Of a stretch of 24,000 nucleotides of DNA, positions 15,949 through 23,274 are shown one piece after another (within the stretch, counting starts at the first letter, position 1; every line of letters begins with the position of its first letter). The notes beneath the pieces are model-generated. The model had not been told where the DNA came from. It made no database searches and saw only the letters and a list, made by a program, of their open reading frames with translations. The position numbers were made by a program, and so were the translations under genes. This DNA comes from Rhodococcus sp. 06-462-5 (GTDB taxonomy: Bacteria; Actinomycetota; Actinomycetes; Mycobacteriales; Mycobacteriaceae), in the NCBI RefSeq assembly GCF_002258315.1, contig NZ_NOYD01000028.1:66632-90631 (forward strand), in the 5' to 3' direction.

Positions 15949-17208
15949 ATGCGCTCGGTCGAAGATCAACAGACCAGAGTGACCGCCGCGGCGGTGGCTC
16001 CACGGCCTGTTCGGGTCGCCATCTCGGAAGCACAGGGCCTGCTGTGTGCAGAAGAAGTGGTCACCGAGCGTCCCCTTCCCGGTTTCGACCAGGCAGCGAT
16101 CGACGGCTATGCGGTGCGGAGCGTCGATGTGGCGGCCGCGGGCACCGACCTGCGCAACGAGGACGACGAACGCATCGATCTGACGCTGCCCGTCGTCGGC
16201 GAGGTGTCCGCCGGATCGCGTCAACCCATCCGGTTGCAACCGCGTCAGGCAGTACGAGTCGACACCGGTGCTCCGTTGCCCACACTGGCCGACGCAGTGT
16301 TGCCCTTGGATCGAACCGACAGTGGTCGCGCCCGCGTCAAGGTGTTCCGTCCGGTGCGGTCGGGTGACTACGTCCGCAAGATCGGCGACGACGTGCAGCC
16401 CGGTGACGTCGCGGTTCGCGCAGGCACGATCATCGGCGCAGCTCAGGTGGGACTGCTCGCCGCCGTCGGTCGCGACAAGGTGCTGGTGCATCCTCGGCCG
16501 CGGCTGTCGGTGATCTCCGTGGGCGGCGAACTGGTCGACACCGATCGGACTCCCGGGCCCGGCCAGGTCTACGACGTCAACTCCTATGCGCTCGCCGCCG
16601 CAGCGCGCGATGCCGGGGCAGACGTCAACCGTGTCGGGATCGTCAGCACCGATCCCAAGCGGCTGCGCGAGGTGGTCGAGGGTCAACTGATTCGATCCGA
16701 AATCGTCGTCATCGCCGGAGCAGTGGGCGGCGGCGCATCGGATGGTGTCCGCGAGGCGCTCGGCGAACTCGGCGACATGGAAGTGGAGCGAGTTGCCATG
16801 CACCCCGGATCCGTCCAGGGCTTCGGTCAACTCGGACGCGACGAAGTACCCACCTTTCTGTTGCCGGCCAACCCCGTCAGCGCACTGGTGGTCTTCGAGG
16901 TCATGGTGCGTCCGCTGATTCGCATCGCTCTGGGCCGACGGCAGCCGATGCGACGGACCGTCACCGCCCGAACCGTCGCGCCGATCACCTCGATCGAGGA
17001 CCGCAAGGGATTCCTTCGCGGTCAGCTCATGCGCGACGAGGGGACCGGCGAATATCTGGTGCAGGCACTCGGCGGCGCACCCGGATCGTCCTCGCACCTA
17101 CTCGCGACACTCGCCGAGGCGAACTGCCTGGTCGTCATCGATCCCGAGGTCACCGAAATCCGCACCGGCGAAGAAGTGAAGGTCTCGTTCCTCGCTCAGA
17201 GAGGCTGA
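15949..17208 (+). CDS. glp: MoeA-fold molybdopterin molybdotransferase / gephyrin-like divisome protein Glp (moeA1 position)
   Basis: 419 aa with MoeA domain order (N-terminal MoeA domains, MPT-binding IVVIAGAVGGGASD, C-terminal beta domain). RBS GAGGAAGGG. Conserved galU-moeA-rimJ-membrane protein arrangement, as in the C. glutamicum glp-glpR locus. Confidence 0.9.
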   Translation: MRSVEDQQTRVTAAAVAPRPVRVAISEAQGLLCAEEVVTERPLPGFDQAAIDGYAVRSVDVAAAGTDLRNEDDERIDLTLPVVGEVSAGSRQPIRLQPRQAVRVDTGAPLPTLADAVLPLDRTDSGRARVKVFRPVRSGDYVRKIGDDVQPGDVAVRAGTIIGAAQVGLLAAVGRDKVLVHPRPRLSVISVGGELVDTDRTPGPGQVYDVNSYALAAAARDAGADVNRVGIVSTDPKRLREVVEGQLIRSEIVVIAGAVGGGASDGVREALGELGDMEVERVAMHPGSVQGFGQLGRDEVPTFLLPANPVSALVVFEVMVRPLIRIALGRRQPMRRTVTARTVAPITSIEDRKGFLRGQLMRDEGTGEYLVQALGGAPGSSSHLLATLAEANCLVVIDPEVTEIRTGEEVKVSFLAQRG

Positions 17209-17211
17209 CGC

Positions 17212-17268
17212 CAGTGGTGCGGACAAGTGCCGCCTGGGGCACTCAAGCGCACCACTGCGCGCAGCGCA
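17212..17268. repeat. 57-nt structured intergenic repeat, copy 2
   Basis: CAGTGGTG-cggacaa-GTGCC-gcctgg-GGCAC-tcaagcg-CACCACTG-CGCGcAGCGCA. Starts 4 nt after the glp/moeA stop. Gap-free alignment to 1866-1922. Confidence 0.7.
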
Positions 17269-17280
17269 TACGATCGACGG

Positions 17281-17928
17281 ATGCCGCGAACGTGGTCGAG
17301 CCACCCAGGTTGGCCGGCGAAATTGGGTCCAGTGAGAGTGGCCGGCGGAACCGTGACCGTGCGGCCGGTGCGGATGCGCGACGCGGCCGCCTGGAGCCGG
17401 ATTCGCACCGCGGATCGCGCCCACCTCGAACCCTGGGAGCCCAGTGGAGAGGGCAGCTGGAACTCGCGGCATCACATCTCCTCGTGGCCGAGCCTGTGCT
17501 CGGGGCTCAAATCCGAGGCGCGCAAGGGACACATGCTGCCACTGGTGATCGAGGTCGACGGCGAATTCTGTGGCCAGATCACCACCGGAAACATCGTGCG
17601 GGGAGCACTCCGATCGGCCTGGATCGGGTACTGGGTGTCCAAGGAGGTCAACGGCAAGGGCGTGGCGACGGCGGCCTTGGCGCTCGGGCTCGACCACTGC
17701 TTCGGTCCGGTCGGGCTCCATCGCGTCGAAGCGACGGTGCGACCGGAGAACCTTGCCAGTCAGGCAGTGCTGCGCAATGTCGGTTTTCGCGAAGAAGGGC
17801 TGCTCTACAAGTACCTCGACGTCGACGGCGAATGGCGCGATCACAAGCTCGTCGCGATCACCTCGGGCGAGGTGCAGGGAACTGTCGTCGAGCGGTTGGT
17901 TCGCGCGGGCCGGGCTGCGTGGGCGTGA
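17281..17928 (+). CDS. rimJ: GNAT-family N-acetyltransferase (RimJ-like)
   Basis: Acetyltransferase core GYWVSKEVNGKGVATAAL...HRVEATVRPENLASQAVLRNVGFREEG. ATG 17281 chosen because 17212-17268 is occupied by the structured repeat; the ORF-track start is 17227. Confidence 0.8.
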   Translation: MPRTWSSHPGWPAKLGPVRVAGGTVTVRPVRMRDAAAWSRIRTADRAHLEPWEPSGEGSWNSRHHISSWPSLCSGLKSEARKGHMLPLVIEVDGEFCGQITTGNIVRGALRSAWIGYWVSKEVNGKGVATAALALGLDHCFGPVGLHRVEATVRPENLASQAVLRNVGFREEGLLYKYLDVDGEWRDHKLVAITSGEVQGTVVERLVRAGRAAWA

Positions 17929-18078
17929 TCTTCACTGCCGCGGCGCGAGTACTCGTGTTGTCAAAGTGACAGGAGTGTAATTCGGGTCGGCGCGTCTGCG
18001 TCGTTCTCGTTCCTCCTCCGCATAGCCTGAAGACGTCTTTCACTGTCGCCGTCGTCCAAGGGGAGGAGAACAACGCCG

Positions 18079-18948
18079 ATGCCGAACTCGATCATCTGGA
18101 TCGGTCTCGTAGCCGTCTGGCTCTTCGTTCTTCTGCCCATGCTCATGACCAAGCGTCCGCAGATCATGCAGACCACGGACGCTGCGCTCGCCACGCGCGT
18201 GCTGCATCGGGGTGGCACGAAGCGAAAGCAGCGCGGCCCCGCGACCGGGCACCGCAGCGATCCCGACTGGCGACCGGAAGACGACCTGCGAGTCTCTGCG
18301 CCGGCCCGAGAGATCTTCGGTGCCGCGATCGCGACTGTTCGTCCAGACTCACCCGATCTACCCGGTACCGCGGAGGACCCGATGGACACTCACGCAGCAG
18401 ACAGCGACCTCGACAGCGAGGCACCGGACACGGAAGCACCGCGCGGAAGTTCGCCCGCGCACGAACCCGGTGTCGTCGACGACGATTTTGTCCCTCGCCG
18501 ACACGGCCGCGGCGGTTTCGATCCCGAGGCCGATGCGATCGCCCGGGCCGCGCGGTACGCATTTCGGCAGCGCGCAGTTCTCGGGCTGGTCTTCGCGGCG
18601 ATCACCACCGCGGCCCTGGCCTTCATCATCTCCCCGACGGTCTGGTGGCTGTGTGGACTGTCCGTCGCCGTCCTCGTCGGCTACCTGTACTACCTGCGTC
18701 GTCAGGTGCAGATCGAGGAAGAAGTGCGCAGGCGTCGGCTCACTCGGATGGGCCGATCCCGCCTGGGCGTGGAATCGGAAACCGACGACGAGCTGGAGCT
18801 CGTCCCGCAGCGACTGCGTCGCCCCGGTGCGGTGGTACTCGAGGTCGACGACGAGGATCCCGAATTCGAGCATCTCGATCACTACGAGGAGCCGTTCCAG
18901 GCACGTCGTGACGACGACCGGGACATGCGCAGAGCCCAGGGCGCGTAA
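18079..18948 (+). CDS. sepX: membrane divisome protein SepX/GlpR-like (Rv0996 position)
   Basis: N-terminal TM MPNSIIWIGLVAVWLFVLLPMLM, a long disordered acidic linker, two further TM helices (LGLVFAAITTAALAFII / WWLCGLSVAVLVGYLYY), and a charged C-terminus. RBS GGGGAGGAG. Located two genes downstream of the MoeA-like gene. Confidence 0.75.
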   Translation: MPNSIIWIGLVAVWLFVLLPMLMTKRPQIMQTTDAALATRVLHRGGTKRKQRGPATGHRSDPDWRPEDDLRVSAPAREIFGAAIATVRPDSPDLPGTAEDPMDTHAADSDLDSEAPDTEAPRGSSPAHEPGVVDDDFVPRRHGRGGFDPEADAIARAARYAFRQRAVLGLVFAAITTAALAFIISPTVWWLCGLSVAVLVGYLYYLRRQVQIEEEVRRRRLTRMGRSRLGVESETDDELELVPQRLRRPGAVVLEVDDEDPEFEHLDHYEEPFQARRDDDRDMRRAQGA

Positions 18949-19003
18949 CCGACGCTCGAAGCGGCTTTGCTAGTGTTACCCAGCCGGTCTGCATGACGGC
19001 GAA

Positions 19004-19076
19004 GGGGCTGTGGCGCAGTTGGTAGCGCGTCTCGTTCGCATCGAGAAGGTCAGGGGTTCGATTCCCCTCAGCTCCA
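19004..19076 (+). tRNA. tRNA-Ala (anticodon CGC)
   Basis: Clean cloverleaf: acceptor GGGGCTG/CAGCTCC with the G3:U70 Ala identity pair, anticodon loop TTCGCAT, T-arm AGGGG-TTCGATT-CCCCT, discriminator A. No encoded CCA. Confidence 0.97.
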
Positions 19077-19084
19077 CCGACACG

Positions 19085-19116
19085 AAAACCGTCACTCACC
19101 CGAGTGGCGGTTTTTT
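19085..19116 (+). terminator. intrinsic terminator after tRNA-Ala
   Basis: AAAACCGTCACTC-ACCC-GAGTGGCGGTTTTTT: one G:U pair, an A-tract on the left and a T6 tail. Confidence 0.8.
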
Positions 19117-19427
19117 CGTTGTTCCTTCAATGGCGAAACGAGTGTTACCGCGAAGTGAATTCGAAATGCATTTATATCGACCGAACTAGGTGGTCTGTTC
19201 GGGATTCGATTCTCGAAGACGCGGCTCGATAAACTCGCATTGCAGAATAGCCGTGAAAAACCTTCGATTCGATTGCTTTGAGCGCTGCGTGCCAACTCGA
19301 AGAATCTTTCAGGTCGCTGAACTGCGGTTATGCAACTCGGACAGCTTTAGGCAATTTCTGGAACATGTCGTACGTTCGAAGACGTGGCTGTGCAGAATTC
19401 AATGTCCGAATTTGTCAGGGGATCGAA

Positions 19428-20270
19428 ATGAACACGCTCAGTGTGGTAATTCCGGTGCTCGACGAGGTCGATCATCTGGGTGAATGCCTGACTCTGCTGC
19501 TCGATCAGGGCGACGATATCGACCGCATCGTCGTGGTGGACAACGGGTCGACCGACGGAACGCTTCAGCTGGTCGACAACGTCCGCGCGGTGACGAACAA
19601 GGTCGTGTTGGTGCACGAGCCCAATCGCGGCGTGGTCCATGCTCGCAATACCGGATTCGACCTGGTGGAGTCGTCGATCATCGGTCGGATCGACGCCGAT
19701 ACCCGTGTTCGACCCGGGTGGGCGCGCTCGATCGTCGACTTCTTCGACGAGCATGCCACCGTGGCGGCCACGGGCGGCCGTACGTTCCTGTACGAATCCC
19801 CGTGGGCTCGACCTCTGGCGTGGATGCACTCGCGCGCCGAACGACGTGAGCCGTCGGTGCGCTCGGCCCTGGCGGTATCGGGCAACAACTTCGCGATCCG
19901 CGCATCCGCCTGGCGCACGGTTCGCGGGGCGGTCAGTGAGCGAACCTGCGTCCACGAAGACATCGATTTGTGCCTGTGCCTGGCCGCCGAGCACTTGCCT
20001 GTTGCCCAGAACGGGTGGATGAAGGCCGCAGTGTCCGGCAGGCGCGCAACGACATCGCCGGTGAAATACGTCCACTACGCATTGGCGGGCTACCGCTCGT
20101 ACGAGGAGCACGGTCTCGCGTCGCGCAAGCTCGGTCGTATCGTGGCCATGGATTGGCTGATGCACACCCTGCGGTGGCCGATCTCGCGCGTGTTCGCCGC
20201 AGTACCGTGCCGGGCCCTACCGGTAGACGATCGTGCCGAGTCCGACGAACGGATGCGAGCCGCCGCGTGA
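19428..20270 (+). CDS. family 2 glycosyltransferase (GT-A fold), paralog 1
   Basis: LSVVIPVLDE...IVVVDNGSTDGT...GVVHARNTGF...GRIDADT (DxD)...SGNNFAIR...HEDIDL. RBS AGGGGA before ATG 19428 (internal to the ORF 19278..20270). Confidence 0.85.
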   Translation: MNTLSVVIPVLDEVDHLGECLTLLLDQGDDIDRIVVVDNGSTDGTLQLVDNVRAVTNKVVLVHEPNRGVVHARNTGFDLVESSIIGRIDADTRVRPGWARSIVDFFDEHATVAATGGRTFLYESPWARPLAWMHSRAERREPSVRSALAVSGNNFAIRASAWRTVRGAVSERTCVHEDIDLCLCLAAEHLPVAQNGWMKAAVSGRRATTSPVKYVHYALAGYRSYEEHGLASRKLGRIVAMDWLMHTLRWPISRVFAAVPCRALPVDDRAESDERMRAAA

Positions 20271-20296
20271 CGGCCGGTTCGCGTATTCGCGAGTGG

Positions 20297-20911
20297 ATGC
20301 GCAACCCGTCGGACGTCCGCTGGGCCCTCGCTCAGATGCGTCAGGCGACCGTGGTCTCGTTGGCGAATGCGCCCTTCTTGCCCGCCGTGCTGCGCGCATC
20401 GGTTCTGCGGCCTGCGGGTCTGACGACGACCGGTCCGTGCCTGATGTACGGCGGTTCCATGATTCAGGGGCGAGCATCGGTTCGATTGGGCACCGGCGTG
20501 TTCGTGAACTTCGGCTGCTACTTCGACACCGTTGCCGACATCGTGATCGGTGATCACGTCTTCATCGCGGATCACGTTCGCATTCTCACCAGCACTCACG
20601 AGACCGGGCCGTCGCATCATCGCGCAGGTGCATTGCGGGGAGAGTCGGTGGTGATCGGTCCAGGAGCGTGGATCGGATCCGGCGTGGTCGTGATGCCGGG
20701 CGTACACATCGGGGCCGGCTGCATCATCGGGGCGAACTCGCTGGTGACGTCAGATTGCGAACCGGACGGTGTGTACGTCGGGTCTCCCGCGCGGCGTCGC
20801 CGAGAGTTGAACGACCATCCCGCAGCGCAGGAGTGGATCGGGGAGAAGGCCGATTTTCGTGATCGGGAGGCAATGCAAAGATTGATAATTCCTCCGAATT
20901 CCGAATTCTGA
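20297..20911 (+). CDS. hexapeptide-repeat (left-handed beta-helix) O-acetyl/acyltransferase
   Basis: Hexapeptide repeats IGDHVFIADHVRILTSTHE...VVIGPGAWIGSGVVVMPGVHIGAGCIIGANSLV are LacA/Maa/WcaF-like. Alternative start GTG 20267 overlaps the upstream TGA (GTGA). The last dozen or so codons (MQRLIIPPNSEF) run into AT-rich sequence. Confidence 0.8.
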   Translation: MRNPSDVRWALAQMRQATVVSLANAPFLPAVLRASVLRPAGLTTTGPCLMYGGSMIQGRASVRLGTGVFVNFGCYFDTVADIVIGDHVFIADHVRILTSTHETGPSHHRAGALRGESVVIGPGAWIGSGVVVMPGVHIGAGCIIGANSLVTSDCEPDGVYVGSPARRRRELNDHPAAQEWIGEKADFRDREAMQRLIIPPNSEF

Positions 20912-21056
20912 TTCATAAAGTCCGAATAATTCTACGGGTTCTTTTCTTGAAGTAATGATGTAGCATCGTCAACGTCAGCGGCTCGAATTCAAATGCGTTC
21001 AGCGCGTAAGGGTTTCGAGCTACACGATTGCCAAAAATGTGTCAGGGGTTGGCGTT

Positions 21057-21935
21057 GTGAATACTCTTTCCATTGTTGTGCCTGCGTTCGACGAGTCGGC
21101 TCACATGCGCGAATGCCTGGATGCATTGCTCGTTCAACGCGAACGCATTCACGAAATCATTGTCGTCGACAACAATTCGACGGACGACACCGCGACCATC
21201 GTCGCGGAATACGCGCGGCGATTTCCGAAGGTGGTGCTGCTGCGGGAGTCCGAGCGCGGCGTCGTGCACGCACGCAACACCGGTTTCGATCACGCCTGCG
21301 GATCGGTCATCGGCCGCATCGACGCCGACACCCGTGTGCAGGCCGGCTGGGTCGACTCGGTACTCGATTTCTTCGATCGACGACTCGACTATGTCGCAGT
21401 CACCGGGCCGATCTACCTCTACGACTCGCCGTGGGCGCGGCCGTACCGGGCTTTCGTCGACCGTTCCGTGCGCAACAGGCCTTCGGAGCAGTGGGTTTCT
21501 GCCGCATCAGGCAACAATTTCGCTATTCGGAGATCCGCGTGGGAAGCCGTTCGCGGGCGCACCAGCTTGCGAACCGACCTGCACGAGGACATCGATCTGT
21601 CGCTGTGCCTCAACAAGCTCGGTCTGCGGATCGCGCAGATCGAGCCGATGCGTGTCGAGGTGTCCGGACGTCGGTTGCTGACGCCACCGCTCGAGTATCG
21701 GCACTATGTTCAGAGCTCGTATCGCACGTGGGCACATCATGGGCTGGCCAGTGGTTGGTTGCGCAGATTGCTCATTTCGGACCTGGTGCTGCACACGGTG
21801 CACTGGCCACTGACGCGAATTCTGTCGTCGTGTGAATCTCGGATTCTCCCGGTCTCGCATTCCGGAGCGAGCACTACGTCCGATCTGTCGGAGATCCGCG
21901 ACGAGAGTTACGCTGCCGCGGCGCGCCGACGGTAA
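21057..21935 (+). CDS. family 2 glycosyltransferase (GT-A fold), paralog 2
   Basis: Collinear with the 19428 gene, roughly half the residues identical by eye: LSIVVPAFDE, IIVVDNNSTDDT, GVVHARNTGF, GRIDADTRV, SPWARP, SGNNFAIR, HEDIDLSLCL, VSGRR, HGLAS. GTG 21057 follows the same TGTCAGGGG motif as paralog 1; the ORF-track ATG is 21039. Confidence 0.85.
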   Translation: MNTLSIVVPAFDESAHMRECLDALLVQRERIHEIIVVDNNSTDDTATIVAEYARRFPKVVLLRESERGVVHARNTGFDHACGSVIGRIDADTRVQAGWVDSVLDFFDRRLDYVAVTGPIYLYDSPWARPYRAFVDRSVRNRPSEQWVSAASGNNFAIRRSAWEAVRGRTSLRTDLHEDIDLSLCLNKLGLRIAQIEPMRVEVSGRRLLTPPLEYRHYVQSSYRTWAHHGLASGWLRRLLISDLVLHTVHWPLTRILSSCESRILPVSHSGASTTSDLSEIRDESYAAAARRR

Positions 21936-22198
21936 ATGCTTCGGCATTGCGGTTGCCCGACCTCTCGCTGATCGAGCACACGCGGGTGGGCCGAAGTGAC
22001 CAGTGCGACTCGGACGCCCATGAGCTTCGAAGGAGGAGCCGTCGGCGGCAGCTGTTGCGGCGATCGAAACGGGTGCGAAGTTTGGTTGATCGATCGACGA
22101 TCCACCTACCAGTCGCGCCGGTAGATTGACGGGCGATATTGTGAACGGGCCGGTTCCGAGCACAGGATCTGCCCCTGCAACTTCTCTACGGAGTGTGA

Positions 22199-22651
22199 AT
22201 GTCGTTCGAGATCGTCGACCTCGCTGAAACGTGGGTCGCTGGTCTTCCCGTTCGCAGCCCCAAACGGGCGCTCGGTCGCCTCAACGACCCGGCGCTCGAC
22301 CAAGCGTGGTCCGCTGTTCTCAATCAGGAGACCTCCGGTCCGCTCGCTTCCATTTATACCGACTTCGCCCCCGGTATCGGTTCTTACAATACGCAGGTAG
22401 TCGGTTATCTGTGTTCTTCGCTCGGTCAGGTTGCCCGCGGACATTTGGTTGCGAAAGTGCCCGCGGCCAGATATGCGCGCTTTTCTGCGGTGGGGTCTTT
22501 CCCCGAGGTTCTCACTCGATTGTGGACTCAGATCGATCACGCCGAAGAGCAGGGCGAGATCGTGCGATCGTTCACCGGCGATTACGAGTGCTATCCACAC
22601 GCGTACAAGATCGACCTCTATCTGGCGATCACTGCGCCCGGCGGTTCGTGA
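22199..22651 (+). CDS. stand-alone GyrI-like / Cass2-type effector-binding domain protein
   Basis: 150 aa. MSFEIVDLAETWVAGLPVR..., ...VPAARYARFSAVG..., ...FTGDYECYP...IDLYLAI is the pattern typical of GyrI-like small-molecule-binding domains. No DNA-binding domain. Confidence 0.7.
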   Translation: MSFEIVDLAETWVAGLPVRSPKRALGRLNDPALDQAWSAVLNQETSGPLASIYTDFAPGIGSYNTQVVGYLCSSLGQVARGHLVAKVPAARYARFSAVGSFPEVLTRLWTQIDHAEEQGEIVRSFTGDYECYPHAYKIDLYLAITAPGGS

Positions 22652-23085
22652 TGACCTTCCGTGTCACGGCACGCAGCGCGGAACTGTTCAGTGGGTTGGT
22701 GGCACCGCTGGTGGAGCCCGGCGCGGAATCGAGCGGCAGCGAGTGGATGCGATTCTTGCGAGATCGGGTGCGCGAGAGGCATATCGACGCAACTCAGGTG
22801 AGCACGGTGTACGTCCCGGATCCGCACGGCACGGTCAATGCGGTGGTCGCGGTCTCGGTGGACTCGCCCGGTGACGTCGCGGTGGGCGATGTGTTCGTCT
22901 CGGTGCCGACCGGCGTGTTCGCTGTATTCGAGCCCAGCGGCGCATTGGCGGATCCGATCGAGGACGTGTGGGCTCAGGTCGACGAGTGCGTCGTGTCCGG
23001 ATCGATATTTCGCGCCTACAAAGAGGAAGTCGAAGTCGTTACAAATGCCGGAGAGGTGGAACTTTTCATTTCAATCGTTTTGTAA
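22651..23085 (+). CDS. divergent GyrI-like domain paralog (hypothetical)
   Basis: ATG 22651 overlaps the upstream TGA (GTGATG). The C-terminal half is collinear with the upstream protein: VPTGVFAVFEPSG ~ VPAARYARFSAVG; VWAQVDECVVSG ~ LWTQIDHAEEQG; VELFISIV ~ IDLYLAIT. Confidence 0.55.
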   Translation: MTFRVTARSAELFSGLVAPLVEPGAESSGSEWMRFLRDRVRERHIDATQVSTVYVPDPHGTVNAVVAVSVDSPGDVAVGDVFVSVPTGVFAVFEPSGALADPIEDVWAQVDECVVSGSIFRAYKEEVEVVTNAGEVELFISIVL

Positions 23086-23274
23086 ACGAGCCGTTCTTCA
23101 TGCAATTGTCACTTTCGAATCACAAATTCGCCTCCGAACCGGTTACTATTGTCGAGCGCTGGCAGCTCGATATGTCGAAGTGAATTGCACGTTCATCTCG
23201 ATCGGCCGACGGGCGGGCAAAGCGTACAGAGCGTCGATGTCATGGCAAGGTCGACAGAGCAGGGGTGTACCAAC

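Noticed and set aside
15823-17097. 424-aa minus ORF opposite the MoeA-like gene; also 14932-15774 opposite galU and 17098-17844 opposite rimJ.
   Set aside because: Antisense shadows with no motifs. The sense-strand genes are unambiguous.
17214-17969. 251-aa plus ORF and the 17227 start for rimJ.
   Set aside because: 17214 is an off-frame Arg-rich ORF. The 17227 start would translate through the structured repeat 17212-17268, so ATG 17281 is preferred.
19347-20165. 272-aa minus ORF opposite GT2 paralog 1, and the 20993-21835 plus ORF off-frame over GT2 paralog 2.
   Set aside because: Arg/His-rich shadow frames. The GT2 frames carry the full GT-A motif set.
22020-22124. 34-codon Cys-containing mini-ORF (MSFEGGAVGGSCCGDRNGCEVWLIDRR...) just downstream of the GT2 genes. 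Considered as a possible glycosylated peptide (glycocin-like) precursor.
   Set aside because: No RBS before its ATG, and the embedded GAAGGAGGAG is not followed by a start codon. It is very short, and there are no leader or core features, protease or transporter genes. It sharing MSFE with the next gene is probably coincidence. Not supportable without conservation or Ribo-seq data.
23137-23144. AACCGGTT palindrome in the spacer before the TetR gene, considered as an ARE-like autoregulator-receptor operator.
   Set aside because: Symmetry does not extend beyond 8 bp, and the match to the long ARE consensus is poor. Too weak to annotate.
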